Source: Bacilli bacterium (lineage in GTDB: Bacteria; Bacillota_I; Bacilli_A; ML615J-28; CAG-698). Taken from it: DNA of 64,000 nt. Below, in pieces: positions 27,777 through 36,798 of this stretch. Location: positions 40,359-104,358 of the forward strand of contig JAVBLL010000003.1 in the NCBI GenBank assembly GCA_031553555.1, in the 5' to 3' direction. Numbering within the stretch: position 1 is the stretch's first letter; each line of letters starts with the position of its first letter. Under the pieces are notes generated by a model, which was given only the letters and a program-made list of their open reading frames with translations, ran no database searches and was not told the origin of the DNA. The position numbers were made by a program, and so were the translations under genes.

Positions 27777-28361
27777 ATGAAAGATTTATATAAAAATAAA
27801 GAAGATTGTATGGCTTTTTCTAATGAAACATTAGAAAAATATTTATTCGATAAAATCAAGAAAGAACAAGGCATTGATTTAGTTTATAGTTATTGCGATG
27901 ATAAACATAGTGATTTATTTCTTGAAATAAAAAGAAGCAACCAATTAAGTCCAGATGAACCAAATGATTATCTTGATAAAATTCATAGAATTGATTGTGT
28001 ATCTTTTGATGGAGATAGAGATGATTTTACAATCCATTTTCATAATTCAGCTATGGTCTCGGTATTTCTTTTTGACGCACAATTTATGTTTATTGATGAT
28101 ATTTGTAAAAAAGATGTGCGGGGCATAGAAGGGTGCATTGTCTATGAAGGATATCTTCGAGATAAGACGCATGAGCAAATTCTTGAAATATTCTTTAATC
28201 TATTAAAGATATTGCATAGTACGACAAAAATTACGTATGAGGAAAATTTTGTTTCCCGTATCGGTTACTATTCAAAATATAATTATACGATTAAACTAAT
28301 TAAACCCAATTGTGAAAAACAGGCTATTCAGTATGACAATTTTCTGTTTCTAATCAATTAG
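27777..28361 (+). CDS. putative cognate immunity protein of the deaminase-like toxin
   Basis: It starts 20 nt after the toxin stop with an AAAAGGAG RBS. No recognised motif. A paralog lies downstream. Confidence 0.55.
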   Translation: MKDLYKNKEDCMAFSNETLEKYLFDKIKKEQGIDLVYSYCDDKHSDLFLEIKRSNQLSPDEPNDYLDKIHRIDCVSFDGDRDDFTIHFHNSAMVSVFLFDAQFMFIDDICKKDVRGIEGCIVYEGYLRDKTHEQILEIFFNLLKILHSTTKITYEENFVSRIGYYSKYNYTIKLIKPNCEKQAIQYDNFLFLIN

Positions 28362-28498
28362 TTTAAACAAAACATACTAAGAAAGGTTATTACTTAAAGA
28401 GTGAAGTTATAAAAATTTAAATGTAGATATAAGAGTTATTAGTGATTTTTTACCTGGCATCATATTTCAATAGAAACCTAAAAAAGGAGATAACGATT

Positions 28499-29098
28499 AT
28501 GTCATTATATCAACCAAATGAATTATGTTTACAATTTGAAGATTGGGAAATAACAAAATATTTAATTGAACCACTTAAATTAAGATTTCCTGAATTGGGG
28601 CTTCTTGACTTTGATAATAAGGTTGAAGATAGATTAACAACTGGAATAAAATCTATTACTTTTTATCCAGATAGAGCAGATATTTTAAAAAGGGATTTTT
28701 TTGGTGTTTTTTTTGAAAAAGGCAAAATGGTTGCAATATTGATTTATGATAGAGAATTTGTGTTTATTGATGACTCTATGAAGGAATTTATCGGTCATTA
28801 AAATACCGACGATAATGCCTTTTATCAGGGAACATTGAGAAATAAGACACATAAGGAAATTTTAGAGTTAGTTAAAGCTTTTATTGAATTATTAATTGAT
28901 ACAGAGGATTATCAAATTTTAGAAAATAAAATAAGTAAGTATAATACCGAAGATATGCTACATAGGGCAATTGATTTTCCTGAATGGAAAGCTGCTCATC
29001 CATATTGTTATTATAATGTTTTTCTTAAAAAACAAAAACCAGGTGAATCTATTCAATTTGAAAACATTACATTTCACATAGTAAATTCTTTTAAGTAA
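28499..29098 (+). pseudogene. paralog of the 27777-28361 immunity gene interrupted by one in-frame TAA
   Basis: Track ORFs 28442-28801 and 28835-29098 are in the same frame, separated by TAA 28799-28801. FVFIDD and LRNKTHKEILEL match FMFIDD and LRDKTHEQILEI of the paralog. Confidence 0.6.
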
Positions 29099-29106
29099 CG
29101 ACAGTT

Positions 29107-29243
29107 AAAAAAGGGATCAGGGAGCGTGTAGGATTTATTTCTTCCCGCTCTTTTTCTTTATCTCTTAATTTGACAAATCCCGTAAACATGGAGTATAATA
29201 GTTATATAATTGCAACCAATGACGAGATTAGTTATGATCTATA
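29107..29243 (+). repeat. junction module 1: hairpin, then TTGACA-18-TATAAT, then an RHS-derived remnant
   Basis: TTGACA 29170-29175 and TATAAT 29194-29199. The remnant encodes NMEYNSYIIATNDEISYD, compared with NMEYNNYTIATNAELSYD in the RHS gene. Confidence 0.8.
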
Positions 29244-29348
29244 GTCAATGCCTAATTGAAAATTTTGTTGGAATCAAGTTCCTCTTGGTGCAAAAACACA
29301 TAAATTGCTTACAGATTTTTGGCGCAACTTTTAAAAATAGGAGGTCAC

Positions 29349-29855
29349 ATGAAAAGCATAGAGGCATTAAAAAAAAGGTTATCGGCGGAAAATACCTTGC
29401 TGATACAAGATGAACATGGATGCGTAAAAACAGTTGAATTTAAATGGGAAAATTCTGCGACAGACACTGAGATTTCTCAATTTGAAAATGATAATAAAAT
29501 TATTTTGCCTGAAGACTACAAAAAATTTTTAAAGATCTCTAATGGAACTACGCTTTTTATGGATACATGGGGATACCAGATTTATGGATTAAGTGAAATT
29601 ATGGAAGAGACAGAAAAAGCAAAATGGCCTGATTTCAAAGATACATGGCTTGTCTTTGGAAGACATCAATCAGATGGCGATTTGTATATTTTTGATTTGG
29701 AAAAAGTTAAAAATAATGAAAAGGTATACCTTTTATACGGCATGGAATGCGACCATCCTTCCGATTATTTTTATTTAGGTAGTTTTGGAACATGGCTTGA
29801 TAGATTAATTGTGTCTCAAGGTTCACAATATTGGTTATGGTTTCCTAACCATTAA
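29349..29855 (+). CDS. SMI1/KNR4 (SUKH-1) family immunity protein
   Basis: ILPEDYKKFLKISNGTTLF, IYGLSEI and LVFGRHQSDGDLYIFD are typical SMI1/KNR4 features. AGGAGG RBS precedes the ATG at 29349. Confidence 0.8.
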   Translation: MKSIEALKKRLSAENTLLIQDEHGCVKTVEFKWENSATDTEISQFENDNKIILPEDYKKFLKISNGTTLFMDTWGYQIYGLSEIMEETEKAKWPDFKDTWLVFGRHQSDGDLYIFDLEKVKNNEKVYLLYGMECDHPSDYFYLGSFGTWLDRLIVSQGSQYWLWFPNH

Positions 29856-29890
29856 ACTAAATCAAAGCAACCAATTCAAAAGAATTTACC

Positions 29891-29990
29891 AAAAAAGAGT
29901 GTGAAGGGTTCATTTCTTTCTCACTCTTTTCATTATCTCTTAATATTTGACATATCCAGCGAACATGGAGTATAATAGTTATATAATTGA
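29891..29990 (+). repeat. junction module 2
   Basis: Hairpin AAAAAAGAGTGTGAAGGGTTCATTTCTTTCTCACTCTTTT. TTGACA 29947-29952 and TATAAT 29971-29976. Confidence 0.8.
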
Positions 29991-30153
29991 ACAGTAGTCA
30001 ATATTTAGGTAATGTCGAGACTCATGTATATAATTCCTCAGGACAATGGTTATTCATTAATGAAAATCTAACATTTAATACTGCTTTTTGTTTAAGTGAA
30101 AACCAGTTTTATTATTTATTAAGCATAGGAAAAGTGGGAGGTCACTAAAAATT

Positions 30154-30621
30154 ATGAACAAAACAAATATGATATCAATTAACTTTAGATTAGTTATAAC
30201 AATGATGACATCTCATGAACTATCAAATGAAAAAGTGGATAAGATTTTGCATATTATAAAAAACCAATTTAATTATACTAATGAAATATTTAGGTTTACA
30301 AATAAGGGTTTTCATGAAGTGGACATAGATTTATTTGATGTGATATTTTCAAGTACAGATATTTATAAGGATTTAGACAAGTTAATATATATTTGTGAAG
30401 AAATACTAGTTACAATTGATAATTCAATAGATTTTATTATTGGTAGTTTAGACACTAGTAGTAGGGTATTAGAATATGAAAAAAATCATGATATTAGTAG
30501 TGGATTACTAATTACATCTCAATTAATTCAAGGAACTAATCCTTACTATTCTTCCAAGACATGTAATGCATATGTTAAAAATCTAGATGATGATTGTTTT
30601 GGGGTATATTCTAGTGTTTGA
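30154..30621 (+). CDS. hypothetical protein in an immunity slot
   Basis: GGGAGG RBS. It is preceded by junction module 2. No motif recognised. Confidence 0.5.
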   Translation: MNKTNMISINFRLVITMMTSHELSNEKVDKILHIIKNQFNYTNEIFRFTNKGFHEVDIDLFDVIFSSTDIYKDLDKLIYICEEILVTIDNSIDFIIGSLDTSSRVLEYEKNHDISSGLLITSQLIQGTNPYYSSKTCNAYVKNLDDDCFGVYSSV

Positions 30622-30651
30622 TGAACCCATATTTAATCAATTGAATATAGC

Positions 30652-30835
30652 AAAAAGAACGTCAAGAATTCATTTCTTCCTCGCTCTTTTTCTTTATCTC
30701 TTAATTTGACAAATCCCGTAAATATAGAGTATAATAATTATACGATTGCAACTAATGCTGAGCTTAACTATGACCCAGAGGCACTGTCTAGTTGGAAGCT
30801 TTGGTGGAGTAGATAGGGCTTGTTTGTAATAGGTA
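30652..30835 (+). repeat. junction module 3 with the longest RHS-derived remnant
   Basis: TTGACA 30706-30711 and TATAAT 30730-30735. The remnant reads NIEYNNYTIATNAELNYDPEALSSWKLWWSR followed by a TAG where the RHS gene has TAC. Confidence 0.85.
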
Positions 30836-30928
30836 GGTATTGTCGGCTATTAAAGCAAATATAGATACTGGTGACTGGGGAAAGGATTTGGCAATAATAT
30901 TATATTCCTTTTTGACTGGTTTTAAAAT

Positions 30929-31339
30929 ATGGAGGAACTAAAAGTGGAAGTTATTAAAAAAATAAATGAGATTTGTTGGGCGGACTGTTCTACAGATATT
31001 TTTCAAATTGACTATGAAAAAATTATAATAAAAATAGTCTTTTATGGAGAAATCGAACGTTATGTAACTATTCAATGCAACAATTATATTGGATTCACGT
31101 TTGTTGGACATTGGGATGAAAATATTATTGAAGATATTAATATTGATACTGAAGGTGAATTAATAAAACAGTCATTAAAAAACATACGACGCAATTATTA
31201 TAAAAATCCTAATGATAATTTTTCTTTTTTGGGCGGAGGGGTAAAAAAGTTTGATAATATTTGGTATCAATTAAACATAAAGCTAATTGATGGAAATATT
31301 ATCAAAATAGTTTGCGAGAGTTTTTTGCTTAATTTATAG
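30929..31339 (+). CDS. hypothetical protein in an immunity slot
   Basis: ATGGAGG context. It follows junction module 3. No motif recognised. Confidence 0.5.
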   Translation: MEELKVEVIKKINEICWADCSTDIFQIDYEKIIIKIVFYGEIERYVTIQCNNYIGFTFVGHWDENIIEDINIDTEGELIKQSLKNIRRNYYKNPNDNFSFLGGGVKKFDNIWYQLNIKLIDGNIIKIVCESFLLNL

Positions 31340-31434
31340 CACCTGTTTATGTTGGATTAGAAGGCGTAGATAATCTTTTATTTCTTCCATGAGGATATTA
31401 AAAAAATGTTTTGAATCAAGGAGCTATAATTATT

Positions 31435-32114
31435 ATGAATAAAATACCAAATCACTTAATAAGAAACTTTGACGTTATTAAAACTGCTGCTTTCCCTGAT
31501 AACTCTTTTAAATTATCAGGAGAAATAAAATGTGATTGCGGGGCAAACATTTTTAGTTTGTTTAAAACAAAAAAATTCAAACTTTGGAAGAAAAACTTTA
31601 TTGGCAAAATTATAAAAAGACTATAACCGAAGCAAGTGCATTAGTGCCACTAGAGTGTCGTAATGGTCACTATGGTTTGATTGAAATAGGCAATATATTG
31701 GGGTATACAAAAGAACATAAATTTCATCCATTAAAAGATATTATTGAATTAAACCAGAAAATGAAAAATTTTCCACCAATACCACTTATTTGCTCGGCTA
31801 AGTGTACGCACTGCGAAAAAGAAATTCTAATCTTCGATATCTCTAAGCATGGCTATAATGCTTTAACCACTAACACCAAATACTTAAACAATTATAAAAT
31901 GCAGAAAAAAAGTTCTTGTCGCAAATGTAAAAATGATATATACAAGGTTCATGTCAAAATAGACCACATGGGCAAGGATGATGTTTTGCAAGAGGGTAGC
32001 AACGTAATAAGCGAAGAAAACTGGGTTGATGCATTTGATTGGATTACAATAGATATAGAGTGTTCAAAATGCGGCAACATCAGCAAGTCTTGGGTAAATT
32101 TGGAAGTAATGTAA
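31435..32114 (+). pseudogene. multi-CxxC zinc-ribbon protein split by a frameshift at an A7 run (or two overlapping ORFs)
   Basis: Track ORFs 31411-31626 and 31584-32114 overlap. A 1-nt change in the A7 run at 31569-31575 would fuse ...SLFKTKK to IQTLEEKLYWQ.... Motifs present are CDCG, CTHCEKE, CRKCKND and CSKCGN. Confidence 0.45.
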
Positions 32115-32121
32115 AACCATC

Positions 32122-32207
32122 AAAAAAGAGCGTGAAGAATTCATTTTTCCTCGCTCTTTTTCTTTATCTTCTAATTTGACAAATCTCATAAATATGAAGT
32201 ATAATAT
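32122..32207 (+). repeat. junction module 4
   Basis: Hairpin AAAAAAGAGCGTGAAGAATTCATTTTTCCTCGCTCTTTTT. TTGACA 32176-32181 and TATAAT 32200-32205. Confidence 0.8.
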
Positions 32208-32270
32208 TTTTAAGAAAATGGCGAACCTTTTTATAACTTTTGTGACTATATAAGTGAGGAGGTAAAAACT

Positions 32271-33899
32271 TTGAATAAAAATGAGTTAAAAGAAAAAATA
32301 GTTGATTATGTTGATAAAGTATTTTTTTATTGTGTTAAAAGATGTAGTAACAGAATGGATGCAGAAGATTTATCTCAAACAATACTTTTAGAAGTAATTA
32401 AAAATATCGATAAAGGGGCTCATATTGAAAACTTTGATTATTATATTTGGGCAGTGTGTAAAAATCAATATAATACTTATTTAAGAAGAATAATTAAGGA
32501 TAGAAATAATATTAGTTTTGTAGATGATATTAATGAAATAGAAGATTTTAAAACATCTCTTGATAAAATATTGGAAGACGAAAAAATCAGAAGAATGAAC
32601 CAAGCCATTAAACTATTGAGTAAAGACTACGCAGAAATACTTTACGCTTATTATGTAGAAGATAAAACTCTTAAGTTCATAGCCAAAGAACAATCATTAC
32701 CTCTAGGAACAGTTAAAAGAAAACTGTATGTTATTAGACAAAAGTTAAAGGAGTATTTAAAAATGGAAAAATTAAATGGCAAAAAAGCATATGTGCCAAA
32801 GAATTTCACATCTTGTATAGCATGTCAAAATTTTGGAACTTATAATCCATATGATTATGTTAAGTCACTAATAAACAAAAATTTATTATATCATTCATAT
32901 AATAATTATTGTAGTTTGGAAGATTACTCATTAGAACTAGGTATTTCGTTACCTTATATTAAAGATATTGTAGATCAACTTGTAAATGCTACATTATTAT
33001 TTAAAACAAAAAATAATAAATATGTTACTAATTTCCCGTATATTACAAAAGAAATCTTAAATAAAAGTAATAACGTTTTACTAGAAAACCATAAAGAATA
33101 TATTGATGAATTAATTAAGTTTGCTAAAGCTCATATAGATGAGTATCGGGAATTAGTAACTTATGCAAATCTTTCAAATGGTGAATTAATGTGGAGTTTT
33201 TGTTTGTATTTAAATTATATAGTTTTAAATGATGTAAAACCTGAATTTTCCTATCATGAACATCCCGGAGGAGGAAGATGGGATTTCTACATGACAGATT
33301 TGAGAGATATGAATGATTTAATGTATGATATGTCAATTAATACATATAAAGATGGAATTGATAAAGTTAATGCATATGCATTTCCATGTGCAAATGATAC
33401 TGGAAGGTTAGCGTTTAATAAATGTGCCAATGGTCAAGAGAATTATGTTCTATTAAATGAATTATTACATCATTGTAATGCTACTTATGATAGTGTTGTA
33501 AATAGAATATTTTGTGACCATAAAAATCAAATTAACGATTATATTGATAAAGGATTTTTAAAAGTAGTAGATAACAAGATTAAGTTTAACTTCCCATTCT
33601 TTAAATATCATGATTTCAAAAAAGTAGAAAAAATGATGTATAGTGATGAGCTAAATGTAGCAAAAGAAAAATTACAAATAATAATTAATAAATTAGTAAG
33701 TAACATGAAAAATTATCTTCCGGAATATTTAAATGATTATACTAATTCATTAATCTCTAATCAATTATGGAATATTCAAAGTTTAGTAGTAGAAGCATTT
33801 AAAGAAGCTAAATTATTAGATTTAAAAGAAGAAAAAGAATACTTTCCATATAATATGATTATGATAACATCAGATATAAATATGATTTATGAAAAATAG
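32271..33899 (+). CDS. sigma-70/ECF-like region 2 and region 4 protein with a roughly 370-aa C-terminal extension
   Basis: DAEDLSQTILLEVIKNI is region-2-like. LSKDYAEILYAYYVEDKTLKFIAKEQSLPLGTVKRKLYVIRQKLKEY is a region-4 HTH. TTG start lies 8 nt after GGAGG. Confidence 0.7.
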   Translation: MNKNELKEKIVDYVDKVFFYCVKRCSNRMDAEDLSQTILLEVIKNIDKGAHIENFDYYIWAVCKNQYNTYLRRIIKDRNNISFVDDINEIEDFKTSLDKILEDEKIRRMNQAIKLLSKDYAEILYAYYVEDKTLKFIAKEQSLPLGTVKRKLYVIRQKLKEYLKMEKLNGKKAYVPKNFTSCIACQNFGTYNPYDYVKSLINKNLLYHSYNNYCSLEDYSLELGISLPYIKDIVDQLVNATLLFKTKNNKYVTNFPYITKEILNKSNNVLLENHKEYIDELIKFAKAHIDEYRELVTYANLSNGELMWSFCLYLNYIVLNDVKPEFSYHEHPGGGRWDFYMTDLRDMNDLMYDMSINTYKDGIDKVNAYAFPCANDTGRLAFNKCANGQENYVLLNELLHHCNATYDSVVNRIFCDHKNQINDYIDKGFLKVVDNKIKFNFPFFKYHDFKKVEKMMYSDELNVAKEKLQIIINKLVSNMKNYLPEYLNDYTNSLISNQLWNIQSLVVEAFKEAKLLDLKEEKEYFPYNMIMITSDINMIYEK

Positions 33900-33954
33900 T
33901 ATAGTAGAAATAAATTAGTTGTATTAAAACTAACGGTCAATTTAATAGAAAATA

Positions 33955-34095
33955 GAAAAGCAATTATAGGTGAATTTTAATAGCTATAATAGAGAATTTA
34001 AACAAATATAAGTAATGAATGTCCCTATTGATTGTCCCATTTAAGAATAGTAAGGTTGAGTAGAAATACTTGATCTTTTTTGATGTTTTTGAGGA
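33955..34095 (+). repeat. degenerate copy of the islet right end, the tRNA-His 3-prime fragment and the flank
   Basis: ATTATAGGTGAATTTTAATAGCTATAATAGAGAATTTAAACAAATATAAG resembles 18800-18848. ATTGATTGTCCCATTTAAGAATAG resembles CATCGGTCGCCCCATTTAAGACTC. Confidence 0.5.
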
Positions 34096-34224
34096 TTTAT
34101 CGAACTATGCATGATGAATATTGTTGAAGTCGAAAATTATTTTTTAATATAGTATAGTTATAAATATTAACTTTATACATAATGCTGCATTCACAGGCAG
34201 ATTATGTAAGTTCTGCTATTCAAA

Positions 34225-34270
34225 ATAAAACACCTCAAATATGTAAGATAAAACACCTCAAATATGTAAG
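34225..34270 (+). repeat. 2 x 23-bp perfect tandem repeat upstream of a promoter
   Basis: ATAAAACACCTCAAATATGTAAG occurs twice (34225-34247 and 34248-34270). TTTACA, a 17-nt spacer and TATAAT (34301-34306) follow. Confidence 0.8.
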
Positions 34271-34324
34271 ATAAGCCTTTACAATTAAACTTGATTAATG
34301 TATAATACTAATAGAGGTGTTATT

Positions 34325-35605
34325 ATGAAATATAAAAGTAGAATTGTTGATAAAGTTTTATCATTGAAATTAAATGCATTTGGCGCAGCATTAATTGTTG
34401 GTCCAAAAGGTTGTGGGAAAACAACTACAGCTAAGCAAATTGCAAAAAATGTGATTGAATTTCAAGATGAAGATAAACGTGACCAATACTTGTCTGTTGC
34501 TAATAATATGCCGTCAAAATTGCTAATTGGTGAGAAACCTATTTTATTTGATGAATGGCAAGATGCGCCTAAAATATGGGGTGCAATTAGAAAATCAATT
34601 GATGATACTGGGGATGTAGGAATGTATATATTAACTGGTTCGTCTTCACAAGATGTGGATACGCCACATACAGGTACAATGAGAATTAGTAAATTGACTA
34701 TGTTGCCAATGAGTTTATATGAATCAAATGAATCAAATGGAGAAGTATCATTAATAGATCTATTTAATAATACTAAAGCATTTGATGGCTGTATCTCAAA
34801 ATTATCTATTGATGGATTAATTAATGCAATATGTAGGGGCGGTTGGCCAAGAACATTAAATCTAAAGGACGAAAATGCAAAATTAGAAATTGTTAAAGAT
34901 TTGTATAAACAAACCTATCAAGTTGATATTTCAAATATATCCAAAGTTAAAAGAAACCCTAATATTGCACAAGCAATACTTAGATCTTATAGTAGAAATA
35001 TATGCACGCTTGCAGAAACAAAAACAATATTCGGAGATGTTGCAGCCAATTATGATATTTCTAGACCTACTTATTATGAATATATTAATGATTTAAAAAA
35101 ACTATTTATTATTGATGATATAGAACCATGGTGTCCTGCAATAAGATCAAAAACCGTAATAAGATCAGCCTTAAAGCGAAACTTAATTGACCCTTCAATT
35201 GCTGTAGCAGCCATGGGTATTTCTCCTGATTATTTTAATAAAGATTATAAAACACTTGGATTCTTATTTGAATCGTTATGTATTAGAGATTTAAAAATAT
35301 ATTCACAATCTTTTGATGGTCAAGTTTCCTATTATAGAGATAGGTATGGGTTAGAAGCTGATTGTGTGTTACATTTAAATGATGGTAGATATGCTATAAT
35401 TGAGTTTAAGTTAGGTTCAAATGAAATTGACGAAGGTGCAAAGCATTTATGTGAAATTGAAAATTTAATTAAAGTTTATAATGAAAAGGAAAAGCAATGC
35501 CCATTAAGATTACCTGATTTAAAAATAGTGATTACAGGAACTGAGTATGGATATTTAAGGGATGATGGAGTTTTCATTATACCAATTGGATGCTTGAAAA
35601 ATTAA
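34325..35605 (+). CDS. AAA_14-type ATPase with a DUF4143-like C-terminal domain
   Basis: Walker A GPKGCGKTT, ILFDEWQ (Walker B-like) and ILTGSS. The length and layout are typical of the widespread ATPase-DUF4143 family. Confidence 0.8.
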   Translation: MKYKSRIVDKVLSLKLNAFGAALIVGPKGCGKTTTAKQIAKNVIEFQDEDKRDQYLSVANNMPSKLLIGEKPILFDEWQDAPKIWGAIRKSIDDTGDVGMYILTGSSSQDVDTPHTGTMRISKLTMLPMSLYESNESNGEVSLIDLFNNTKAFDGCISKLSIDGLINAICRGGWPRTLNLKDENAKLEIVKDLYKQTYQVDISNISKVKRNPNIAQAILRSYSRNICTLAETKTIFGDVAANYDISRPTYYEYINDLKKLFIIDDIEPWCPAIRSKTVIRSALKRNLIDPSIAVAAMGISPDYFNKDYKTLGFLFESLCIRDLKIYSQSFDGQVSYYRDRYGLEADCVLHLNDGRYAIIEFKLGSNEIDEGAKHLCEIENLIKVYNEKEKQCPLRLPDLKIVITGTEYGYLRDDGVFIIPIGCLKN

Positions 35606-36077
35606 TTTTTTAATTAGAAATATTGAAAAAAAATAATTTAAAATAAGGAACAAAAATTTTAAAACAAAGAATTGGTTATGATGAAGAAAACAAATAAAAC
35701 CTTAAGGGTAAATATTTAAAATCATTTTTATCCAAAGGTTGTTTTTAAAAATGATTTTATGAGTGGAGAATTTAGTGATTATTTTAACGAAATCAGAATT
35801 CATCTTATTCATAGGCAACTAGAGGAATTATATGAAGAATTTAACAAAAGGATAAATAATCCTAGATAGCAAACTTTATGTTATATTATTATAGTAATCT
35901 AATTAAATAAATCCAAAAAATAAAAGTTTAATAGAAATTGTATATATAAGACAATAAATAAATGTTTAAAGTAATAATTATTAAAATTCTTGTATAATAT
36001 TGATAATTATGTTAGAATAATATGTATTATAGGTTATAATAATCTATAATACATATTTAAAAATGGAGGAAATAGAA

Positions 36078-36575
36078 ATGAATTATTGTCCAAACTGTGG
36101 TAAACAAATTGAAGAAGGCACTGAATGCACTTGTCAGTCACAAAAACCACAAAATCAAGAAAACCAGTATCAAAGTTATTATAGCACCAATAATGAATCT
36201 GGTATGAAATTACTTAAAGTTACAAGTATTATTTTAATTATATTTGGTGCTTTAGGGACACTTATTAACTTGTTGGCTCTTAGTGCTCTTAGTAATGTCG
36301 CATCAAGTGCGAGAGTACTTTTTATTTATGAGATTCTTGCAGGTTTTTTACCTCTTATCTTCGGTATTATTGGTGTTCGTATGGCGGCCGATAAAAGTAA
36401 AGCACATTTATTTATAATTTTTGGAATTATTATGGTTGTTGTGAGAATAGTGGATATAGTATGGGCGTTAAGTGTATTAAATACAGTAGAAACTTCTACA
36501 ATTTTTGGTGCTATCCTTGGATGTACTTTGCCAGTTTTATTTATTGTTGGTGGCTTTATAAGAAAAAAAGCTTAA
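36078..36575 (+). CDS. zinc-ribbon membrane protein
   Basis: MNYCPNCGKQIEEGTECTC followed by four hydrophobic helices. GGAGGA RBS. Confidence 0.65.
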   Translation: MNYCPNCGKQIEEGTECTCQSQKPQNQENQYQSYYSTNNESGMKLLKVTSIILIIFGALGTLINLLALSALSNVASSARVLFIYEILAGFLPLIFGIIGVRMAADKSKAHLFIIFGIIMVVVRIVDIVWALSVLNTVETSTIFGAILGCTLPVLFIVGGFIRKKA

Positions 36576-36798
36576 AGTAAAATATCAATTACTTGTAGGC
36601 TTATATATTTATAGAATATATGTTGGTTAATAATATAATTTCATTGTATTATTGAACTGACATTTTTCTTTTATCGTTATAAGAAATTTATGATTTATAA
36701 TCCAGCTAAATGATAATTTACATAAGACTTATTTGTAAAAGTAGGTCTTTTTTTCTTTTTCAAAATATGATATAATTGTTATATTAATGGAGGCATAT

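Noticed and set aside
29210-29413. 67-aa ORF and the nested 61-aa ORF at 29593-29778
   Set aside because: The first spans junction module 1 (decayed RHS remnant) and overlaps the SMI1/KNR4 gene out of frame. The second is an alternative frame inside that gene.
15478-34100. Prophage
   Set aside because: No integrase, terminase, capsid, tail, portal or lysis genes are recognisable. The cargo is toxin, immunity, defence and regulatory genes only.
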